64,000 bases of DNA, taken from assembly GCA_028023455.1 (NCBI GenBank), contig JAQFVV010000005.1:20336001-20400000 (forward strand), written 5' to 3'. Below, piece by piece: positions 1-10,100 of this stretch. A model generated the notes under the pieces. The model did not search any database. It was not told the origin of the DNA and was given only the letters and a program-made list of their open reading frames with translations. The stretch comes from Epiperipatus broadwayi (lineage: Eukaryota; Animalia; Onychophora). The position numbers and the translations under genes were made by a program. Numbering within the stretch: position 1 is the first letter of the stretch; the number at the start of each line of letters is the position of its first letter.

Positions 1-1778
1 ATTTTATTTTAATATGATCAATGTGTGATCGTGTGGTAATATAGATATATAACACCAATCCTTACTGAATCCTATGTTCACTCTAAATTTAATTTAAAAT
101 CATTTTTTTTCAAATCCACTTTCTATTATTATATATATATTATTAAAACAATGTTCACTTTAAAATATAAACAAAAAAATTGGCAAAAAATAAAGAAATG
201 AACAGATGATCAACAATATCATTTATATCAGTGAAAACTGAATCAAATAAAAAAATACTGCAAATATATGAAGAATAAAACAAATTTAATGCTAATATTT
301 TAAAATATCAATGAAAATGACTAACCAAAAAATAAAGCAAAAACATTGTTTTCATTTCTTGGGTGATGAAATTTAATCATGACAAAATGCAAAAGATAAA
401 ATATCTAAATGATATTAAATTATTATCTTTAATATCAACTGCATGATTGTTTTACTGGAGGTAGTCATTATTTCCAGCAGATTGCACCATATTGCAACTG
501 TCACACACAATGATTGAAATGTGAATGTTTTATAATATATTTTGGGCTGTGGTTAAGTTAATAAATAGTTATTAAAACAGTGGATATAGAACCCGACCCT
601 AAATTCTTGAAATGGATGTAGACTATTGCAGGTTTTTACATATATGCATTTAATAATAACTGAAAGATTTATTACTGAAGATCATAAGATGTTGAGCACC
701 AGATGTGTCTGAGTTCAACTTTGACCTGTTGAACTTTAACCCTCAAGACTACATATTCTGTCATTGCTCTCAATCATGTAGTGACATTTGGGTATCAAAA
801 ATTAGGCAAATATGTGAACATTATAATAGCAATGGCTAAAATAGCTTTTTAAAATGGGGGAAAATATTTTAGCTGATTAAAATGCTTCACAGGGGTCTGA
901 AATCAGGTTTATCTAGAGCATACTTAGATAACGATCCTTGAGAATTTAGTGCAGAGTTATAGTGGTGGACTCTGGAGTTCGAGTACATAAACTGCCCTGA
1001 TATTTCTGGAGCTCAATCTTCTTATAAACTTCTAAGCAATAAACCATGTGATTATTTTTTTAATAGATAATTAAAAAGGCACTAAAGTTGCAAGAATAGA
1101 CAACAAGGGGAAAAAATGAGTTAGGAAGATAAATGGTTATAAAAGTTATCGTAGAGAAGCAAAATGAAAAGAAATTTCAGCAGGAAGGGAAGAGATTAAA
1201 AAAAAGGTTAAATGAAAGTATTTTATGCTTACTTTTTTTAAAAAAGAAAGCTGAACATAGGGATACATATAAAATGGAGGTGTGCTAATCACTATAATAT
1301 AAGCCCAGCTAGGCTATATTATATACAGTACATAATAGCTCACATTTTGTGTATAAGCATTGATTACTACACAATATATGCTTTTTACTATACTATAGGT
1401 ATGAAGTACTTTTCACACGCACAACACACACATACATAACACTAATATATTTTTATGGGTATAGTGGTGCACATTGAAATTAGAATTATAACAAACAAAA
1501 TTTTTAAAAAAACATAGCTATTAATAAAAATTGAGGGAGCACATTTACATATAATATGTATATATTTATTGCGTTTACTCATTCGCATTCACTCAAATAA
1601 TAATAAATTTACTTTCCCACATCTTTAAAATAAAATGAACAATAAGGTATCAACTTTTCATATAGACTTTAAGCTTTGTGATACAATAACAAATACCAGA
1701 AATATTTTAAAGAATTCGTATCTCTTCATTCCATAAATTCAATACTAAAAATTTAACTTTTAACATGATCATTATTTT

Positions 1779-1869
1779 TTTTTTTTTAATGTGTCAAAGC
1801 GTCGGCTGGGAAGCGAACCCCGGAACAACTGCTTGTAAGCTGTGCTAACCACTCGGCCACCAACGCTTG
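1779..1869 (-). mobile_element. tRNA-Gly(TCC)-derived short SINE, copy 1
   Basis: Minus strand reads GCGTTGGTGGCCGAGTGGTTAGC...GGGTTCGCTTCCCAGCCGACGC-TTTGACAC-poly(A), with A and B boxes. 16-bp direct repeat ACATGATCATTATTTT at 1763-1778 and 1870-1885 (TSD, overlapping the A tail). Confidence 0.9.
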
Positions 1870-2094
1870 ACATGATCATTATTTTAACCATTAAAAGTGC
1901 TCAATACCCATGGTCTGAGGATGTCTTTTTTCCATTATTCTTTTTTCCCATTACTTTGTACAAAGTATCTTACAAATTCTTTTAAATTACATTAGAAATC
2001 ATTTTAATAATCTCAAAAGCTAAATCATTTTATTAAAGAAAATACTGTAGTATATCAACATAGGGGGAAGGGGAACAGAGAAAAAATGTCACAC

Positions 2095-2330
2095 AAAACA
2101 TAAATAATCACCAATACACGTAATTCATGCTAAAACATCACTCATCAATTGGTCCAGTGTGGTTATGTGTTTCAGTAGTATGAGATAGTATGGATAGTTG
2201 AAGGGTGCTTAAAAGTCTGAGTTCAAATCCCCTATATTTACAATTAGGCTCCAGGTATGTGAAGAGTGCCTGTATTTCAAATATTTTAAATGAAATCATA
2301 GTAAATTTAGTCAGCACTCTGAAAGATGAA
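2095..2330. mobile_element. Family-A hammerhead repeat fragment with internal inversion junction
   Basis: 2095-2155 is a minus-strand degenerate hammerhead segment (TTGATGA GTGAT...AGCAT GAAT TACGTG TA TTGG). 2155-2330 is the same family in the opposite orientation (GGATAGTTGAAGGGTGCTTAAAAGTCTGAGTTCAAATCCC). Confidence 0.75.
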
Positions 2331-3033
2331 AAAATAATTGCTGCCATATTATTGTGATTAAGCGCTTCATCTTTACTGAATTTATCAAATTTAATGTACT
2401 TTTTGTTTGCTTGTTTATTTACATTTTTTTTTTTTTTTTTGGATATCATATAAATGAAATAGTATAGATAAACACACATTGGGCTTCACTGCACACACAC
2501 ACAGTCTAATGATAAAGACAAAATATACCATAATCTTAATCAGCTTGCTTAGAGAAAAGATCTAAGTTAAAATAAAAAAGGCATTGAGTACCAGTCGTCA
2601 TTTATTAATTCATAAAAGTTATTGTGATTTTTCTTTTTATTTTGCTCTCTCACTAATAACAACTAAATATTTATTTATTGATCAATAATTGGATAAGTGG
2701 TTGGTTAATTATTAATCAGCTATCTGGATTGAAATCATAATGAGCGGATGGAGTAGTCCCTATTTAGTAAAATCTTTACCATAAATGGAAGCTAGCATAA
2801 AAAGCTTGTTGCACAAAATTTTCATGCAATGGTCATGTACCATAAGTAACAGGTTGAACTTTGATTCAGTAACATTTAGCTCTCAAATTTACATCTCTTA
2901 CCATTAAATACTGTCATTCAATTTAAAAGGTAATGCAACTTCCTCACTAGTGCTGTACATAATATTAAATCAACAATGTTAAATTTGACAATCTGAGACA
3001 TTTAAATGTCTTCAAACCAAGAATTTCTACTCA

Positions 3034-3610
3034 ATGGCTAACTCTTAGATAAATGCTGGTTTGGGATTGGCATTTTTACATCTAGTGTCTGAAACTATCC
3101 TAGTGCCTCACTGAGGAGTGCCAAAGCATGAAACCATTGGTTTGGGTTTGGTTTCTGATAGATATTTTAAATGCTTTCTCTTGCTAAGCATTTATCACAA
3201 AGCTTGTTGAGCAATTAGCAAAACTTTTTGTTTATATTTTACAAGCTTACAAAAAAAGTGGGGTCATGATATATGACTATTTTTTATTGACTATTTATAG
3301 TCTTTACTGTAAGTCTTAAGTGATGTTATATTGCTACTCTATGGTTAACTCTTAGATAAATGCTGGCTTTGGGTTGGTATTTTTAGATCTATTGTCTGAA
3401 ACTACCCTAATGCCTCACTGAAGAGTACCTAAGCATGAAACCATTGGTGTGTTTTCTGATAGAGATATCTTAAATGCTTTCTCGTGCTAAGCATTTATCA
3501 CAAAGCTTGTTGAGCAATTAGCAAAGCTCTTTGTTTATATTTTACAAGCTTGAAAAAGAAGTGGAGTCATGTGATATATGATTCTATTTTTTATTGACTA
3601 TTTACTGTCA
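3034..3610 (+). mobile_element. Family-B tandem dimer (307-bp period), each unit with a minimal hammerhead motif; retrozyme or Penelope pLTR-like
   Basis: Two related units start at about 3034 and 3341. Cores: CTGAGGA-GTGC-CAAA-GCAT-GAAA-CCATTGG-TT (3111-3142) and CTGAAGA-GTAC-CTAA-GCAT-GAAA (3418-3440). Confidence 0.8.
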
Positions 3611-5363
3611 TATATGTTTTTTAAATAATAATTGACTGACTTAAAAAAGTCAGCAAATCCATTTCTTACCTGATACTTTATTTCGAGCATACTTAAGAAT
3701 GCTGTGACATAGTTTAGGTATTCACCGCAAAATATTTAAGGCATTAGCATGACCGGATCATGAGTTATAACATGAAATGTGAGTGTGTTTCATATTCATA
3801 CCTTCTTGATTCATCTTTGTTCTCACTACCATTATGAAAGCTAGCAAACCATTTGAAAATATTTTGTGACTTATGGATTTACTGTCATACATAGTTTGAA
3901 TCATTTCAGTAGTTAAGTAGCAGATTTTACCCAATTTAATGTTAGTGTATTGTTCTATCTTGAGTTAAGGTATGAAACACCCTCTCATATTCAATGTCAT
4001 AACTCATGACGTATAATTTTTATGGAGAATATCTAAATTATATTGCTGCATAATATGTATTGCTTCAGAAATAGTGCTACAGATAGTTTTGATATAAAAT
4101 CAGTCATCTTTTTATTGTAACCAGATATATACATAAACATATGTGTGCGTTTATACATGTAATAAATTTTTTATTAAACACACATTTATCAAGTAAACCT
4201 AATACTACCAACCACATACTGTACATCCGTCTGACACTGAAGATAGTTTGTGTTGCTCATTGTCTGCTTATTCTAATATTCTATCAACACACACACTACA
4301 ACAAAAATATAGTAAGCTGCTATTTTATGCCCTATTTAATTATCACATATTTAAAGTCGCATTGTAAACTTTTTTAATAAGCCTTCTTCATCTCCAGAGA
4401 CAAAGACGCCATAAACAGGAAAGACATATGCTAAGCTTTATCGAGGAAATAGAATGTCTAGCATATTTAGCATAAACTTGCATATCATTGACGGTATTAG
4501 CGCCAAGCTATGATTATGAAGGCTGGACCCTTCGAAAGCGCTAAGCTCGTTCGTTCTTATTTATCTATTTGGTGACAATACACAGCTTTGAGGACAATTG
4601 CGCTACACACGTAAGCGAATTAGAATATTTTATATTTAGTCTATCAGGGAAATGGAAATGGTTTATATCGTTACGATTTTACTTGTAATTTTTATTTTTT
4701 CGAGTGTCTAAGTAATTTTTCTCCCTTCCACATCTTAAAACTTGTAAAATTAGTTTAAACTTTGTGATAAAAGTTTTAATAAATTGCTATCATTTCTTGA
4801 TAAGGTTTCCTGCTTCAATTTGTCGAGAAGACATAAAATGTTGATCTGAATCAGTCCCTAACAATACAACGACAGTTAGCCATCCTATATCTGATTGATT
4901 CCGGAGAAAATAAAACCATTCGGTGTATTAAGAATAAGATTTTTTCCACAATAATATCAAAGAGCGAGAGAGAGAGAGAGAGAGAGTGAGAGAAAAGGTA
5001 ATGAAAATTAAAAAAAAGAAAGTGAATAAAGTCTTGACAATTTCTCAAGATTGCTAACAAATAGTTTTTTTTTTAAATTACTGCTTTATGATTTTATATT
5101 TATAAGAGAAAAAGAAGAGAGGGAGTGGGGGGGGGGGGTTTAAAAGAGAGAATAGTTTAAAAATTAAAAAATCATTTAGCCAAACAGCAGTAATTTACTC
5201 TATATTAGAGTCATCTCTGTATTAGCATGAATAATCACTAGACACCAAATAGTTGCGATAATTAGAGATATAGTAATTTTTTTTTTTTAGAAATAAACTC
5301 AAATCTTCTTCACCTTTTTCTTTTCAAAATGAGCCAGAAACAAAATATACACACGCTACTTAC

Positions 5364-5427
5364 CGTACATTAGTATCACTTCTTTTTTTCGAAGTTTCAA
5401 TCACAACATACGGTCTTAATCAAAGAG
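5364..5427 (-). CDS. Putative stop-containing exon of an unidentified minus-strand gene (SLIKTVCCD*)
   Basis: Strong acceptor TTCTTTATATTCTTTATAG| and donor CG|GTAAGT. Open in phase 2 up to a TGA; phase matches the 9064-9109 exon. It could instead be non-coding. Confidence 0.35.
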
Positions 5428-5589
5428 CTATAAAGAATATAAAGAAATATACATAAGTTATATATTATCAAGTTCTGTAATTTTTATCAGTGGACTTCAC
5501 TTTCCCATATCTCAATCATCATCAGCGCAGAAATTCAGACCATTGTTTCAAATAGCATGTTATATGAATTAGAATTATTAAATATCCTA

Positions 5590-6480
5590 TAGAAGCCTGT
5601 CCATTAAAGTTTGAAAATTTGCTATCTTAATGTAAACTGAATACTAATTATATGCGTGGGAGATGATAATCTGGACCAACTGATGAATGCTGGTTCAGCA
5701 TGAAATACGTATATTGGAAATTATGTATCTTTTTCACATGTATGTTGTCAAGTGTATCGATTATTTAAGATAGAGTGGATATCTGAAGGAGCTTAAAAGT
5801 CTGTATTCAAGTCCCTTTTAATCAAACATCCTGTAAGCAACTTGATTTTCTTCCATTTCATCAAACTTATGAAGATAAAAATATATAATTCTATGCAAAT
5901 ATATATATGACAACTAGTCTTTATATACATATAAGGGATTTGAACACAGACTTTTAAGCTCCAACAGTTATCCACTTCATCTTATGCAAACGATACACAT
6001 ACCCACATACATGTGAACATTTCATGCTGAAACAACACATCAGTTGGTCAAGATCACCACCACACGCGCACACACACATATATATATATATAATTAGTGC
6101 TCAGTAAATGGGCATATTAAGGTCCTATATGTGAGAAGACAGAGTGAAAAATCAACATCGATCTGACAAAAATATGGGCATCAACAAGAGCTTTGAGCAT
6201 TCCATCCTCAGATTTTCAATGATATGGGTAGCCGAAGCTTAACCATTAAAGTTTGAAGATTTACTATCTTAATATAAATTGAGCACTGATTGTACATATG
6301 TGTGGGAGTTGGTAATCTGGACCAACTGGTGAGTACTTGTTCAGCATGACATATATATACTGAAGATCATTTACTTTTTTCATTTGTATGTGGTCAATTA
6401 TATCAGTTGTATAAGATGGAGTGGATAGCTGTAGGGAGCTTAAAAGTCAGTTCAAATCCATTATAATTACATTTAGTATA
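5590..6480. mobile_element. Family-A cluster: plus copy, inverted partial copy, second plus copy
   Basis: About 5665-5820 and 5932-6070 are inverted copies of each other; 6110-6470 is another copy. Shared landmarks: GCCTGTCCATTAAAGTTTGAA, GATGATAATCTGGACCAA, AAAAGTCTG..TTCAA.TCC. Confidence 0.85.
5676..5717 (+). ncRNA. Type-I minimal hammerhead ribozyme (intact consensus)
   Basis: CCAA-CTGATGA-ATGCTG-GTT-CAGCAT-GAAA-TACGTA-TA-TTGG. Stem I is CCAA/TTGG, stem II is 6 bp, stem III is the palindrome ATACGTAT. Predicted AUA cleavage after 5713. Confidence 0.8.
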
Positions 6481-7411
6481 GACAATATACACGTATTTAA
6501 ATATATATTTGCATCATATATATATATATTTATAGCCCTTTGATAAAGATCATATGATATGATTGAAATGCAGGTAGATGGGAAAATATAAAAAAACAAC
6601 CTAATTTATATTACCATTTATTTAAAGCATTAATGTCAAAAATATTGTTTATTTATACATTCATTACTTTATAATTTAATATGCCCAAAATTGTATGTTT
6701 CAATGGATAAACAAAAGCATTCTATCAGGCTGCTGTTCTTAACTAAAGATTATATTTGGAGTAGGGTTTATAAGTATCCTCAAAAATCATGATAAGGTTC
6801 ATTTTTTGGTTAGGTCTTATTTTAGAGGAAACATGTTATATACATGTCAATTTATCTAAAACATGTTATTGCAATATGTTTTAGAATAATCATTTTTATC
6901 TACTTAATTAATAAATACACATTATCAGTGCTATTTTAAATTTGAAATTAATTATTACATCTTCAAGCAATGATTCTATATTTTTTAATTTTATTCTAAA
7001 AATATAATTAAATGGTTTTATTTCTTGGGGTTTGTAAGGAGTTTGACTGCTAGAAATCACAGAGGTGGATGTGAACTGCTGACTTTAAAGGCTTGCGACA
7101 CTATTATTACATCATGCAGCACATTTCTTTCTTTATCTGACAACAAAATAAAAATATTGAAATAACCTTAGAAGAATATATATTTTGGGCAAATTCTCCT
7201 TTCAACAGCCATTGAATGTTAATTTTCTCATCAATATAAGCAACATCTTTCTTATTTAGAGCTATCAATCTGATCCATTTGATATTTTAATTTGAATTTA
7301 TAATACAACATTATTAAGGGCACTTTTTATTTTTTCCCATCATGTAGCAACCCAAAGAATGAAATAGAAATTGCAATAGATGGTGCTTTAATTAATATTG
7401 ATTAAGTTTAT

Positions 7412-8946
7412 TGGTTGTTTTACAATAGCGTGTTGAAACCGCTGGAGGCCGGGCTCGGTTTGTAAACAAAGATAAATATAATGTTGCCGGGGCCGAGTTT
7501 CTTTTCTTTTTTTTTTTTTTGTTTGGCTTTGGTTTTTTGATTTTTTTTTGTTTATCACATTTATAAAAGAAATATCAAATCAAATTTTTTGTTTAAACAT
7601 GACCAAAACAAAAATAAACAAATGCATAAACAAAAAAATTACAAGTAAATGAATTTACAAAAAAAAAGTACTTCATTTTTTTGGCTTTTGATTCTTTTTT
7701 TTTTTATTATTTATAATTTCAAAGGGGACGGGTTTTTTTTTTTTACCGTCTACGTATTTTTTTTTTTTGGTTGTTGTTGTTTAATCACATTTAAAATAAA
7801 AGTACGGCAGCTATCAAATCTATTTTGGCTACCCCAAACAACAACAACAACAAAAAAAACCAAAACCAAAAAAAAAAAAACGGATCGATTAAAACCAATG
7901 ATTTTTAAAAAGTAGTTAACCGATTTTTTGTTTGTTTTGATTTAATTCTCATTAAACCCTTTTCTATTTTCGGTTCGGTATTGTATGACAAACAAAAAAT
8001 CAGCCGATTCAACTACTTCTTCTTTCTTTTTTTCGGTTTGTTTTGTTTTTATTTTGATAAATAAATCTATTGTCCGTTTAACGGTAACATTTACAAGCCA
8101 AAGTCCAACTTTGGGAGAGGGGGAAAGGGAAGGGTGTTTGCAATTGCTAACAGAACGAAACGCCAACAACTCGAAGATTGACCAAGTTTTGACAGTAATT
8201 CCCCCTCAAAAAACATCAATCTATACGGCAATTAAAAGAAACTTTTTGGGCTCTTCAGGCAAAAAAAAACTAAAAAAAAAAAACACAGCAGGCATGCAGC
8301 TTCAAGGTGTTTTGTTTGATAAACCACTGCCGGTTCCAGCAGTCAGAGAAGAATCCTTGTTCTTTCTTTGACATTCGGCAAAACAAGTTGTCCTATTTTT
8401 TACAGCTATTCGATTAATCAGCTCGCAGTTGTTGTCGCACGAAACGTGACTTAGAGCGTGATTTGATGGAAAGCGCGCTTTGAACTACACTTGGTCCATT
8501 TTTTCAGCAGGAAATGGGGGCTAGGGAAGCATGAGACTCTGCTGATAATTGTTAGTAGACCTTCCTAAAAGATGCGAGATAGAGGGGGAGGTGATCTTAA
8601 TGAATATTAAAATAGTTTTGACAATCGTAATTCCAGCCACCCTCAGACAATATTGTAAACAAAAGTGAAATATGATCGCTAGTCCGAAATGCTTAGCCTG
8701 AATCTGAGCCGTAAGCTGACATGATAGCTTCTGTGGCAAGATTGGCTAAATGTTCACATTTACTGTGCATTGGCATAGAAATAAACACAGTCAGCTGGTG
8801 CCCTCCCCCCGTATTAAACGGACTATTTCTAGGCTTACGCGTTAGAAATAGAACTTTCGATAGCGGCGGAGGCGGCCACCTAAACGGCATATTTGCATAG
8901 AAATAATGCCCTCCGGTGGTTTCCACACGCTATTGTAAAACAACCA
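7412..8946. mobile_element. Non-autonomous TIR DNA element with TGGTTG termini and 6-bp TSD (superfamily unassigned)
   Basis: 39-bp TIRs, 35/39 identical with the first 22 perfect (TGGTTGTTTTACAATAGCGTGT). GTTTAT duplicated at 7406-7411 and 8947-8952. CpG-rich interior; no recognisable transposase. Confidence 0.85.
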
Positions 8947-9063
8947 GTTTATTTCATAACTCCATTTTATGCTTTAATGAACCAATGCCACTACATTAAA
9001 AATTCAAACTTTAACACCAAATGCATCAGATTGGTGATATTCAAGTAGGAAAGGATTTCTTAC

Positions 9064-9109
9064 TTTTGATGGAAGAGTTGGTTATCTTCAAAGGCAGTTG
9101 GGCATTTCC
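9064..9109 (-). CDS. Putative 46-bp internal exon (KCPTAFEDNQLFHQ)
   Basis: Acceptor GCATGTTTTAG| and donor AAAA|GTAAGA. Open reading from phase 1 to phase 2, linking the 17458-17523 exon to the 5364-5427 exon in frame. Confidence 0.35.
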
Positions 9110-9687
9110 CTAAAACATGCACCTTTAGAGCATTATTTAATTTGTTTCATTAATTTGGAAAACAAAGAATAAAATGAAAATTGTGACAGATAGTGATTTG
9201 AAAATATAACACCACATTAATTTAACATTAATTGAAGTAATGGTCTCTAGAATTAGCTGAAAATTTCTGGATGTATTCTTACCTGAATAATAAAATCCAA
9301 CATACCTATCTTTCTACCCACCCACTCATTCATCAATCTATCTATCTATCTATCTTTTACATAAAATATAACTATTTTATATAAAATGCTAAATCTGTCA
9401 ATTAGATGTTTGAATGTCATATCATCAGAAAATCTAATCATGTAATTATTATTAATAACAATCAAATTAGATTAAAACTTAAGTTTTCCACTTGATGTAA
9501 AAAGTAAAAAAGATGATATTTTGTTGAAACAGGTAAACCATAGGGTCACATGATTGTACAGGTATCGAAATTTGTTTTTTGCATGATTTATATATTCTGT
9601 GAAAGAATTTTTAAAAGGCATAATTTTCTAACATGATTACTAATAAAAATATTTTTCAGCAGTCACAATATTCTTTTGTGTAAATAT

Positions 9688-10100
9688 AAAATTTTCAAAC
9701 ATCTACATGTCTTCAAACCCAGCTATGCAACTCAAATAGCTATATGGGGCTGATATAGCTATTTGAGTTGGATAGCTGGGTTTGAAGACATGTAGATGTT
9801 TGAAAATTTTAGATTTTCCACTCAATAGATAACTTTTAGATAAGTGCTTGGCTTTGGGTTGGTATTTTTAGATCTAGTGTCTGAACCTACCCTGATATCT
9901 CTCTGAGGAGTGCCAAAGCACGAAACCATGGTCAGGGGTTTGGGTAGGGGTTTTTGACAGAGATATTTTAAGTGCTAGCTCTGGCTAAGCATTTATCACA
10001 AAGCTTGTAGAGGAATTGGCAATCCTCATTGTTTATAACTTACAAGCTTAAGAGATAGGGTCATGTGATCTATGACTCTTATTTTGACTATTTATGGTGA
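9688..10100 (+). mobile_element. Family-B element with 5' fold-back hairpin and hammerhead
   Basis: Inverted arms 9688-9745 and 9753-9810 (57/58 complementary). The body from about 9830 matches the 3034-3610 units. Confidence 0.85.
9898..9938 (+). ncRNA. Type-I minimal hammerhead ribozyme (intact consensus)
   Basis: TCTCT-CTGAGGA-GTGC-CAAA-GCAC-GAAA-CCATGG-TC-AGGGG. Canonical G10.1-C11.1 pair, palindromic stem III ACCATGGT, GUC cleavage after 9933, stem I UCUCU/AGGGG. Confidence 0.8.

Noticed and set aside
3670-3840. Two tiny minus-strand exon candidates (3840-3802 and 3701-3670)
   Set aside because: Good donors, but too short for open frames to be informative; no way to assign a frame or gene.
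4963-4990. (GA)n and other microsatellites, e.g. (TG)n at ~22947-22974
   Set aside because: Ordinary simple repeats.
7649-8926. ORFs inside the first TIR element as a transposase or host gene
   Set aside because: They are short, low-complexity (poly-T/poly-A derived) and show no DDE or other recognisable motif.
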